This document shows positions 1 to 7,270 of a DNA stretch of 12,958 bases, piece after piece (position 1 is the first letter of the stretch; every line of letters starts with the position of its first letter). The translations under genes and the position numbers were made by a program. The stretch spans positions 1-12,958 of the forward strand of contig JBEHXF010000048.1 in assembly GCA_048498835.1 (NCBI GenBank), given 5' to 3'. The notes below the pieces were generated by a model. It worked only from the letters and a program-made list of their open reading frames with translations. It searched no databases and was not told where the DNA came from. This DNA comes from Chlamydiota bacterium (GTDB lineage: Bacteria; Chlamydiota; Chlamydiia; Chlamydiales; SM23-39).

Positions 1-78
1 TGGGATTCGAACCCACGAAACGCTTACACGTTTACACGCTTTCCAAGCGTGCTCCTTAAGCCACTCGGACACTCCTCC
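1..78 (-). tRNA. tRNA-Ser(GGA), 3' end truncated by window edge
   Basis: The reverse complement reads GGAGAGG-TG-TCCGAGTGGCTTAAGGA-G-CACGC-TTGGAAA-GCGTG-(long variable arm)-GTGGG-TTCGAATCCCA. The anticodon is GGA (+ strand 42-44, tcc). It has the class II long variable arm typical of Ser tRNAs and a GTTCGAAT T-loop. Confidence 0.97.
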
Positions 79-96
79 GCATTAAGGATTTGAGAG

Positions 97-157
97 ATTC
101 TAACGGAGCCTCTTATTTAGATACAAGCTTGCAAGTAAAAGTCGGACAAGAGATAGT
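97..157. promoter_or_regulatory. Back-to-back sigma70/sigma66-like promoters for tRNA-Ser and the znu operon
   Basis: Minus strand: TTGTAT(126-121)-18 nt-TAGAAT(102-97) upstream of the tRNA. Plus strand: TTGCAA(129-134)-17 nt-GATAGT(152-157) upstream of ATG 177. These are motif matches only. Confidence 0.45.
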
Positions 158-176
158 GGATGGGAAAAGTCCTACC

Positions 177-1046
177 ATGCATTTAAAAAAAATACTCCCA
201 TTTTTGATCCTCCTTTTAGCGGCCTGCTCCGGTATGAAAAAGCCGGCGAGCGAACCGAAAAAGCCGCTTATTTTAGTCAGCATCGCCCCCTATCAAATGA
301 TGGTTCAGCGAGTCGCCGGGGAGAATTTTGCGGTCGAAACCGTCGTCCCGCCGAATGCCAACCCCCACTCTTACGAACCGACCTCAAGACAAGTATCTGG
401 ACTAAACAAAGGGCGAGTCTGGTTTCAAATCGGTGAACCGTTCGAACAAAAATTAAAGCCCCTGCTTCCGCAGACGAAGACCATTGACTTGAGAGAGGGC
501 GTCTCAATGATCGGCAACGAGAATCACCATTGCGAATCTTGTGGACACGATCACTTAGATAGACATATTTGGCTCAGCCCAAAACAGGCTCTATTACAAG
601 TCGATCTAATTGCTAAAACGTTGGCTGAGCAATTTCCAGCTGATGCAGAAGGAATTCAAGAGCGAGCTGCGCTCCTGCGGGCCGACTTGGAAAGGTTAGA
701 TCGCGACATTGCGGCTATTTTGACCGGTGTAAATGCTCGATCCTTTTTAGTCTCTCATCCCGCCTTTGCCTATTTTTGTCGCGATTACGACTTGCAACAG
801 CTATCGGTCGAACAAGAAGGAAAAGATCCCCGACCGAAAGAACTCGAAGCTGTCTATCAATCTGCGATGCAAAGTCAAGCCGAAGTGGCCATTGCATTGC
901 CACAACACAATAATAAGGGCGCGCAACTCATCGCTGAAAAATTGCGTATCCCGGTTCGAATGATTGATCCCTACTCGAGCGAATACTTTGACATGATGTT
1001 GCAACTAGCCGGATCAATTGCACACCCCTATCAAACCAATGAATAA
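177..1046 (+). CDS. znuA: Zn/Mn ABC transporter substrate-binding lipoprotein (ZnuA/TroA cluster A-I family)
   Basis: Start reassigned to ATG 177, which gives a signal peptide with lipobox (MHLKKILPFLILLLAAC). Family motifs are VPPNANPHSYEP, a His-rich loop, DRHIWLSP, VSHPAFAYF and IDPY. It is followed by ATPase and permease genes. Confidence 0.92.
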   Translation: MHLKKILPFLILLLAACSGMKKPASEPKKPLILVSIAPYQMMVQRVAGENFAVETVVPPNANPHSYEPTSRQVSGLNKGRVWFQIGEPFEQKLKPLLPQTKTIDLREGVSMIGNENHHCESCGHDHLDRHIWLSPKQALLQVDLIAKTLAEQFPADAEGIQERAALLRADLERLDRDIAAILTGVNARSFLVSHPAFAYFCRDYDLQQLSVEQEGKDPRPKELEAVYQSAMQSQAEVAIALPQHNNKGAQLIAEKLRIPVRMIDPYSSEYFDMMLQLAGSIAHPYQTNE

Positions 1047-1749
1047 AAAAGCGGTAGAATGGAAGGAAGTACTATTTGCCTATGATGGGCATGTCGTGCT
1101 TCGTCCCAGCTCTTTTACAATACCGCAAGGAATTTGCGCTGGAATCATGGGTCCCAATGGCGGCGGCAAAACAACCATGCTCAAATTGTTGATGGGTTTT
1201 TTAAAGCCGCAAAGTGGCTCCATTCGGGTGGAGGGAAAACTTCCGTGCGAAGCGCGGCATCTCATCAGTTATGTCCCCCAATTTTTACGCGCAGACAGGG
1301 ACTTTCCCATTACGCTTGAAGAAATCATCTTGTTGGGCTGTCTTTCTGATCCAAAAAAAGAAGAGCACGCTGAAAAATGGATGGATCGGCTCGGTCTACT
1401 TCCCCATCGACACAAATCTTTCGGCTCGCTTTCAGGCGGCCTTGCGCAAAGAACACTCGTCGCACGCGCTCTGATCTCGGAACCGGAAATTTTACTTCTC
1501 GATGAGCCGACTGCAAGCATTGATCCGCCATCAGCCGCTGTGATTTTTGAACTGATCCAATCACTCAAAGGGAAAAAGACTGTTTTACTGGTGACGCACG
1601 ACATCAAAACCATCATCGAACGAGTGGATCAAATCATCTGCGTACAAGGGACGATCAGCACCTACAAACCCAACGAAGTGTGCGAACACTTTGCTCTCGG
1701 CTTGTATCATACGCCCTTACTCGATCTGCCACCGAATCATTTGGATTAG
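1039..1749 (+). CDS. znuC: Metal ABC transporter ATP-binding protein (ZnuC-like)
   Basis: Walker A GPNGGGKTT, Q-loop YVPQ, signature LSGGLAQR, Walker B ILLLDEPT and H-loop VTHD are all present. ATG 1039 overlaps the znuA stop (ATGAATAA), consistent with translational coupling. Confidence 0.92.
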   Translation: MNKKAVEWKEVLFAYDGHVVLRPSSFTIPQGICAGIMGPNGGGKTTMLKLLMGFLKPQSGSIRVEGKLPCEARHLISYVPQFLRADRDFPITLEEIILLGCLSDPKKEEHAEKWMDRLGLLPHRHKSFGSLSGGLAQRTLVARALISEPEILLLDEPTASIDPPSAAVIFELIQSLKGKKTVLLVTHDIKTIIERVDQIICVQGTISTYKPNEVCEHFALGLYHTPLLDLPPNHLD

Positions 1750-1750
1750 C

Positions 1751-2578
1751 ATGTTTATTACGGCGCTTTTCGAAAATCCCTTTCTTCAAATGGCTTTGTG
1801 GGCGGGACTGTTAGCCTCGATTTCGTCGGGCATTATCGGCACCTATGTCGTCGTGAAGAGAATCGCCTTTATCGCAGGGAGCATCTCCCATTCGATTTTA
1901 GGTGGCATGGGACTATTTTTATGGATCCAGCGCTCCTATGATCTGCCTTGGTTCCATCCGATGATTGGCGCATTTTTAGCGGCCATTGGCTCGGCTCTTC
2001 TCCTCGGCTGGATTCAACTCCGATATAAACAGAGAGAAGATGCTCTCATTGCCGCCCTCTGGTCTACGGGAATGGCTATCGGCGTGATTTTTATTTCGCT
2101 GACTCCCGGCTCGAACGTCGAGTTAATGAATTTTTTATTTGGCAATATTTTATGGGTCTCTTCGATGGACCTCTTATCGCTGCTCGCCCTCGACCTACTC
2201 GTATTGACGATCGTTGGATTCTACTACCGTCGCTTCCTCGCCCTCTGCTTCGATGAGGAACAGGCCGCTTTGCAGGGAGTCGCCGTCCAGAGACTGTATT
2301 TGCTACTGCTCTGCCTGGTAGCCGTTTCCATCGTTCTGCTGATCCAAATCATCGGAACGATCTTAGTGCTCGCTCTTTTGACCATTCCTGCTACGTTGGC
2401 AGGCCTTTTTACAGCTCGACTTCGGCCCATGATGCTGATCGCCTGCCTCTTAAGTGGCCTATTCAGCTTAGCTGGACTAGGAGCCGCCTATGAATTAAAT
2501 TGGCCCCCCGGCGCTACGATTGCCCTGCTGGCCGCAGTCGCTTATCTCGGCACTTTAGCCCTAAAACGAAAAAATTAA
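1751..2578 (+). CDS. znuB: Metal ABC transporter permease (ZnuB / ABC-3 family)
   Basis: Highly hydrophobic, with motifs GTYVVVKR...ISHSILGG, LFGNIL, FDEEQAALQG and PPGATI. The ATG lies 1 nt after the znuC stop. Confidence 0.92.
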   Translation: MFITALFENPFLQMALWAGLLASISSGIIGTYVVVKRIAFIAGSISHSILGGMGLFLWIQRSYDLPWFHPMIGAFLAAIGSALLLGWIQLRYKQREDALIAALWSTGMAIGVIFISLTPGSNVELMNFLFGNILWVSSMDLLSLLALDLLVLTIVGFYYRRFLALCFDEEQAALQGVAVQRLYLLLLCLVAVSIVLLIQIIGTILVLALLTIPATLAGLFTARLRPMMLIACLLSGLFSLAGLGAAYELNWPPGATIALLAAVAYLGTLALKRKN

Positions 2579-2588
2579 ACCCATTTCG

Positions 2589-2618
2589 TTGACACAAGGT
2601 CCCCTTATCCGTTATGAT
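2589..2618 (+). promoter_or_regulatory. Strong sigma70/sigma66-type promoter for rplU-rpmA-obg
   Basis: TTGACA (2589-2594), an 18 nt spacer, then TATGAT (2613-2618). SD GGAGG at 2644-2648 precedes ATG 2653. Confidence 0.75.
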
Positions 2619-2652
2619 GGCTGCCAAAAAATTTGCCTTTTCCGGAGGAAGA

Positions 2653-2961
2653 ATGTACGCGATTATTGAAACCGGTGGAAAACAGTACCGAGTAGAAGAA
2701 GGTGACGAACTCGATGTCGAGCTGTTGGAAACTGATACGAACTTTAAATTTGAAAAAGTCTTGCTCGTCCACGACGGCAAAGGCGCTAAAATCGGCGCTC
2801 CCTACTTGAACACCTGCGCAGTCCATGCTGAAGTCATTGGCGAAACAAAGGGTCCTAAAGTGATCGCCTTCAAATACAAGCGCTGCAAAAACTACCGCCG
2901 TTTAGTAGGCCACCGCCAGAAATATTCTCGCGTGAAAATTACGAAAATCGCAGCAGCGTAA
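2653..2961 (+). CDS. rplU: 50S ribosomal protein L21
   Basis: MYAIIETGGKQYRVEEG ... GHRQKYSRVKITKI. The GGAGG SD fixes the start at 2653 rather than 2614. Confidence 0.98.
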   Translation: MYAIIETGGKQYRVEEGDELDVELLETDTNFKFEKVLLVHDGKGAKIGAPYLNTCAVHAEVIGETKGPKVIAFKYKRCKNYRRLVGHRQKYSRVKITKIAAA

Positions 2962-2973
2962 AGGAATTCTCGA

Positions 2974-3228
2974 ATGGCAACAAAAAAAGGTCAGGGCTCA
3001 ACCCGTAACGGTCGCGACTCACGCTCTCAGCGTCTTGGCATTAAAGCAACCATGGGTCAATTCGTCACAGCCGGCAGCATTCTCGTGCGCCAGTGCGGAA
3101 CGAAGTGGCACGCGGACAAAAACGTAGGCATCGGCCGAGACTATACTCTCTTCGCTTTGACGGACGGAGTGGTCTCTTATCGCAAAGCCGATAAGACCTA
3201 CGTCTCCATCCTGCCGCAAACGGCTTAA
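2974..3228 (+). CDS. rpmA: 50S ribosomal protein L27
   Basis: [16 protein letters not shown]...RLGIK...GSILVRQ.GTK...[18 protein letters not shown]. There is no N-terminal extension and no prp gene between rplU and rpmA. Confidence 0.98.
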   Translation: MATKKGQGSTRNGRDSRSQRLGIKATMGQFVTAGSILVRQCGTKWHADKNVGIGRDYTLFALTDGVVSYRKADKTYVSILPQTA

Positions 3229-3247
3229 CTAAAGGAAAGTGCAGAAC

Positions 3248-4261
3248 ATGTTCGTAGATAGCGTGGTTCTGCACCTAATTGCAGGAAAAGGCGGCAATGG
3301 CGTCATCGGTTGGCGCCGTGAGAAATATATCCCGAAAGGCGGTCCTGCAGGAGGAGACGGCGGAAACGGCGGCTCCATCACTCTCAAGGCTAATCGAGAA
3401 GTCCATTCCCTCGAAGACTACCGCAACCGCTCCATCATCAAAGCACAAAACGGCCAACCCGGCGGCAGCAACAACTGCAAAGGGCGCAATGGCCAAGATC
3501 TCGTTCTTGAAGTTCCCCTCGGCACACTTGTAAAAGATCCTAAAAGCAAAGAAATTCTCTTCGACTTTACAGAGCACGGTCAAACGTGGGAGATTTGCCA
3601 AGGCGGCAAGGGCGGCAAAGGCAATTCCCGCTTTAAAACATCGACCCACCAAGCCCCCTTCATCTGCACCAACGGGACACCAGGTGGCGAAATCGAAATC
3701 GAACTCGAGCTAAAACTCATCGCCGATGTCGGTTTTGTTGGAATGCCAAATGCAGGCAAATCAACACTCATCTCTGAACTCGCCTACATTGAAGTTAAAA
3801 TCGCTCCCTACCCTTTTACAACGCTCCGGCCTAATCTAGGCCTCGTTGAGTTCGATGACTTCTCTCGCATCCTAATCGCCGACATTCCCGGTATCATTGA
3901 AGATGCCCACGAAGATCGCGGCCTCGGGCTCTCCTTCCTCCGCCACATCGAACGTACCTCAACTCTTGTCTTCCTCATCGAACTCGCTCCTTACCAAGAG
4001 CGCGATCCTTTCGAGGAATTTCTCATGCTCCGACGCGAACTCGAAGCTTACAATCCATCCATGCTTGAAAAACCATTCCTCGTCGCACTCAATAAGATCG
4101 ACCAAGAAGGGGCTCAAGAGCTCGCCGACGCTTTTCTCGCCCGATACCCTTACGATTCCTCCACCCTCTTTACCATCTCAGCACTTGAGAAAAAAAACCT
4201 CAAACCATTCCTCGAAGCGATGCGCCTTCTCGCCCAGCGCGAAACCATCCGTTACATTTAA
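3248..4261 (+). CDS. obg: GTPase Obg/CgtA (short form without C-terminal extension)
   Basis: Gly-rich Obg fold (MFVD...AGKGGNG...PKGGPAGGDGGNGG), G1 GMPNAGKS, G2 YPFTT, G3 DIPG, G4 NKID and G5 ISA. Canonical position after rpmA. An alternative GTG start is at 3239. Confidence 0.97.
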   Translation: MFVDSVVLHLIAGKGGNGVIGWRREKYIPKGGPAGGDGGNGGSITLKANREVHSLEDYRNRSIIKAQNGQPGGSNNCKGRNGQDLVLEVPLGTLVKDPKSKEILFDFTEHGQTWEICQGGKGGKGNSRFKTSTHQAPFICTNGTPGGEIEIELELKLIADVGFVGMPNAGKSTLISELAYIEVKIAPYPFTTLRPNLGLVEFDDFSRILIADIPGIIEDAHEDRGLGLSFLRHIERTSTLVFLIELAPYQERDPFEEFLMLRRELEAYNPSMLEKPFLVALNKIDQEGAQELADAFLARYPYDSSTLFTISALEKKNLKPFLEAMRLLAQRETIRYI

Positions 4262-4269
4262 ATACGTTA

Positions 4270-4298
4270 TAGACAATTTCTTACGTCTTCCTTATCCT
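4270..4298 (+). promoter_or_regulatory. Putative sigma70-type promoter of the orphan gene at 4324
   Basis: TAGACA(4270-4275)-17 nt-TATCCT(4293-4298). A purine-rich SD (AAGGGA) precedes ATG 4324. Confidence 0.4.
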
Positions 4299-4323
4299 TT
4301 TCCAACTTTAAAAAGGGAAAAGT

Positions 4324-4788
4324 ATGGCCACCATTTCAAACACCTCCCCTGTAACTCAGTTTTTCATTGCTCAAGGAGTAGTTTCTCGAACGGGTCAAAC
4401 GAAATACGCCAAAGCAACTGGCAGAGCAAAAGAGTCAACAATTGATCTTGCTTTTTCAGTGTCTGACCAACTCACCAACGATTTTTCCGACATCTCAGAT
4501 CTCTTTGAAAACGTTGTAGCTAACTCTTGTGCTAATCCCCATGAAAGAGTTCATCTTTTTAATCATCTTTGCGATGGAAATGACAACGATGAGGGTACAA
4601 TCTCTAAAGAAAACACAGCAGTAAAAATTGCATCGATAGTGATCGATTTTCCCGGATTTTCTAACGAGTCATCAATCGATCGAACCCTGATCCGGGCTAT
4701 TTCCACTTTGGTACAAAAAACCTTTCCAAATATGAATCAGAAGGAATCTAATGCATCATTCAAAAGGGCACTAAAAAACAAAAACTAA
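4324..4788 (+). CDS. Hypothetical protein (154 aa), candidate secreted effector
   Basis: An ORF with SD and a putative promoter of its own. The N-terminus is Ser/Thr/Pro-rich (MATISNTSPVTQ). No recognisable domain. Confidence 0.7.
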   Translation: MATISNTSPVTQFFIAQGVVSRTGQTKYAKATGRAKESTIDLAFSVSDQLTNDFSDISDLFENVVANSCANPHERVHLFNHLCDGNDNDEGTISKENTAVKIASIVIDFPGFSNESSIDRTLIRAISTLVQKTFPNMNQKESNASFKRALKNKN

Positions 4789-4896
4789 CCACTTGGCCAT
4801 CTATAAACGATAAATTCGACCTAACAGACTGTTAACGCATTTTAGTCCTGAAGATATGCAATCACAGATTCACACACAGAAAAAATTTGATCCCTT

Positions 4897-4931
4897 CTCT
4901 GCGTCTCAGCGCCTCTGCTTTTCCTCTGCGC
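4897..4931. repeat. Short degenerate tandem repeat (CTCTGCG-like x4) in a convergent intergenic region
   Basis: ctctgcgt (4897), ctcagcgc (4905), ctctgctt (4913) and ctctgcgc (4924). Confidence 0.5.
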
Positions 4932-4978
4932 TGATATCTTTCTCGTTTATCCGCTTAATCTGATTCGAGGATTTATTT

Positions 4979-5833
4979 CTACCACTTGCGGGATTCCTCT
5001 TTATTCATGAGGGCGATGATGCCGCCGCCCATGATCAAAACCACGCCTGCTAGAACCCACAGAGTGGGCACTTCATGGAAGAACCACCAACCCAAAAGAC
5101 CGCTGAACACGACGCTTAAGTAGCTCATCGAGCTCACTTTTGTCGCTGGTGCATGAGTCAAAGAGCGGGTGAAAAAGTATTGATAAATCAGAGAGAATAT
5201 CCCGATTAAAAAGAGGTAGAGCCACAAGATGGGCCGCTCAATCGGCTTCCATGTGTAGACCATGGGGAAAAAAGAGACGACCATCGAAATCAAAAAGTAA
5301 TAGGACAAGATTGTCTCTGTCGATTCCACTCTAGCAAGCTGTCGCACTCCCAATTGAGCAAACGCAGAGAAAAAACCACACGCCAATCCCACCATATTGA
5401 TCCAGCCGATGGAATCCTCAGATGGTCTTAATATCAGCAAGATCCCCCCGAAGCCAAGTAGCATCGCAAAGAATCTGGCCTTCGGAATGATCAGCCGCTC
5501 TTTAATTAAGACGATGAGCGGAAGAAAGAGCGGAGCCGTATTGAGAAAGGTCAACGCTGTCACTAAAGGCATCTTTAGAACGAGATAAAAGTAGGTATAC
5601 ATCGACAACAGGCCGAACATAGCCCGGAAAAAATGCTTTCCCAGATTTGAAAAGCGAAAAGTAACTCTGCCGGAGAAAATGGCCGGCAAAACAAAGATCA
5701 ATGAGATGGCAAAGCGAGCAAAGATCATCGTCTCGATCGGCAATCCGACGGCCAATCGTATAAAAACGCCGCTCACGGCAATCGTTATCGCCGCCAAGAT
5801 CCCGAACAAGAAGCCGTGGTGTTCTTTTTCCAT
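4979..5833 (-). CDS. DMT superfamily (EamA) transporter
   Basis: About 10 TM segments in two EamA-like repeats. Motifs include FARF, 'LNTAPLFLPL...KERL', 'GFGGILLILRP', 'APATKVSSMSYLSVVFSGLLGWWFFHEVP'. ATG 5833 is preferred over TTG 5845. Confidence 0.9.
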   Translation of the reverse strand: MEKEHHGFLFGILAAITIAVSGVFIRLAVGLPIETMIFARFAISLIFVLPAIFSGRVTFRFSNLGKHFFRAMFGLLSMYTYFYLVLKMPLVTALTFLNTAPLFLPLIVLIKERLIIPKARFFAMLLGFGGILLILRPSEDSIGWINMVGLACGFFSAFAQLGVRQLARVESTETILSYYFLISMVVSFFPMVYTWKPIERPILWLYLFLIGIFSLIYQYFFTRSLTHAPATKVSSMSYLSVVFSGLLGWWFFHEVPTLWVLAGVVLIMGGGIIALMNKEESRKW

Positions 5834-5878
5834 CGATCCAACCAATACCAGATCGACAACTTAAAAAACACCCCTCCC

Positions 5879-6370
5879 CTATCTACAAGCGAATATCCCT
5901 GCTAACCACGCGCAGAATCGGCTCCAATAATCTTGCACCAAAAGCACCACCATCTCCCAACATCCTGAAGCATTCTCTAAAGCTTCTCGTCGTTCATTCG
6001 CTTTCGAGGGGACATCCGTTTTCCGAATTCTAATTTCCGTGGCAAGATCCCGATTTACCCGCTCATTTTCACACCTGATCGGGCCATTTAATTTTGTATT
6101 AATCCTGAGCGAGTGGCCAGCTAGCCAAATTTCAAAATTCTGCATTCTCGTGTGATTTTCTAAGATGACATCGACGAATAAGTCTCGAGTTTTGAGATCC
6201 GTTTCGGACAATTCTTTTATTGTGCTTAGCCGTAGCTCAAACGGCAGATTAGGATCATTTGAGCAGTGGATTTCTAATTTAGATTCACTTGCTAATGGAA
6301 AAGGCAATTTCCATTCCCCTTCAGGAGCATATAAATCCACACCGGGATTCATTCTCTGAATAGCTGTCAT
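5879..6370 (-). CDS. Hypothetical protein (163 aa) with C-terminal Trp/Cys-rich amphipathic helix
   Basis: SD GGAG is 5 nt before the ATG. The C-terminus is CWEMVVLLVQDYWSRFCAWLAGIFACR. Confidence 0.75.
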   Translation of the reverse strand: MTAIQRMNPGVDLYAPEGEWKLPFPLASESKLEIHCSNDPNLPFELRLSTIKELSETDLKTRDLFVDVILENHTRMQNFEIWLAGHSLRINTKLNGPIRCENERVNRDLATEIRIRKTDVPSKANERREALENASGCWEMVVLLVQDYWSRFCAWLAGIFACR

Positions 6371-6388
6371 AGCATCTCCACTTATTTA

Positions 6389-6817
6389 TTAGGAAAAACG
6401 AAGTTTTAGTCTTGGTAATTGCTTAAATTGTGTTTGTTGTTCACGAAGGCGTAATATAGCACTTGCAAGATCTGCAATTTTTCCTGGCTCTGCTGACTCT
6501 TTAAGTCTAACAAACTGTCCATTCAACTCATTCATATCATTTATAAACAGAGACTTTTTAGCTTCCAATTTATCGATGAGCGGGATTAATTCTATACAAA
6601 GACATCTGGGCCTATATATAGAGTATCTTTGTTTTACAGCTTTAAGAAGCTCATCAAAATCTTTCATGGTTTCTTCAGAAAGCTTCTTGGCTTTCTCTAG
6701 AGTAAGATCAATAGACAATTCAGCTCTTTCACTTGCCCTATCAATTGGAGTTTCCGCCCTTTCCGGAATCGGTTGGGCAAGCTGACGGTAGGCATATTCT
6801 TCATGTACTAATGGCAT
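6389..6817 (-). CDS. Hypothetical helical/coiled-coil protein (142 aa)
   Basis: Strong SD (AGGAGG) before the ATG. The sequence is Leu/Glu/Lys-rich with a heptad-like pattern. Confidence 0.75.
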   Translation of the reverse strand: MPLVHEEYAYRQLAQPIPERAETPIDRASERAELSIDLTLEKAKKLSEETMKDFDELLKAVKQRYSIYRPRCLCIELIPLIDKLEAKKSLFINDMNELNGQFVRLKESAEPGKIADLASAILRLREQQTQFKQLPRLKLRFS

Positions 6818-6841
6818 CTCTCCCTCCTAAAAAAGGGAGAG

Positions 6842-6870
6842 ACTTTAGGAGAAGATTTATTTTAAGTAAA
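6842..6870 (-). promoter_or_regulatory. Putative promoter for the 6817/6370 gene pair
   Basis: Minus strand TTTACT-17 nt-TAAAGT. Confidence 0.35.
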
Positions 6871-6872
6871 GT

Positions 6873-7253
6873 CTAGACGGGTGGACGGCGGTTTGGCTGT
6901 GGATGACCAAAACAATGCCTCCAGACTTTTACCACCATGAAGGCAGAAGCTATAATGATCGGAGTGGCGTTTACTAGATTGCGACTGAAATCATCCACTG
7001 AACATCCTGTTTCGAGTTTAGGATTCAGGATACATTGAAAAATAGCCTGAGCAGCATTCGCAGAATGGACCATGAGACTCGCCCCTATTCCCCCTATAAG
7101 AGCACCTCCTAACGTGCCTGCAATGAGCGCAACTTCTCGTGTATCATAGATGTTTGTTATCGGCGCTGGATTTCTGACTTCATCGACTGCGCCATAGATT
7201 GCACCTATTAGTCCACCGCAGATGCTAGCCAAACGTGGCGATATTAATTGCAT
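6873..7253 (-). CDS. Small membrane protein with glycine-zipper helices (126 aa)
   Basis: SD AGGAGG. Hydrophobic GxxxG segments ICGGLIGAIYGAV and IAGTLGGALIGGIGASLM, a third hydrophobic segment PIIIASAFMVVKVW, and a basic Pro-rich tail. Confidence 0.75.
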   Translation of the reverse strand: MQLISPRLASICGGLIGAIYGAVDEVRNPAPITNIYDTREVALIAGTLGGALIGGIGASLMVHSANAAQAIFQCILNPKLETGCSVDDFSRNLVNATPIIIASAFMVVKVWRHCFGHPQPNRRPPV

Positions 7254-7270
7254 AAACCTCCTGTATGTGC

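Noticed and set aside
90..176. N-terminal extension of ZnuA in the ORF track (likewise the 1018, 1691, 2614 and 8386 starts)
   Set aside because: Downstream ATGs give the proper signal peptide, SD or gene coupling. Some extensions run through promoter regions.
1..176. tRNA as an integration site for an island
   Set aside because: The tRNA 3' end points out of the window. No integrase or duplicated tRNA end is seen here.
79..176. Zur/Fur-type operator upstream of znuA
   Set aside because: Only short palindromes (CAAGCTTG, CTTGCAAG) are present, with no convincing match to known boxes.
1429..1452. ABC signature LSGGL instead of LSGGQ as a sign of inactivation
   Set aside because: The fifth position of the signature varies in functional ABC ATPases, and all catalytic motifs are intact.
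3897..4445. 182-aa Ser-rich + strand ORF overlapping obg and the next gene
   Set aside because: It is an alternative frame produced by C-rich codon usage in obg, overlapping a conserved gene.
5879..5895. CaaX prenylation motif at the end of the 163-aa orphan
   Set aside because: The protein ends FACR, so the Cys is penultimate rather than fourth from the end.
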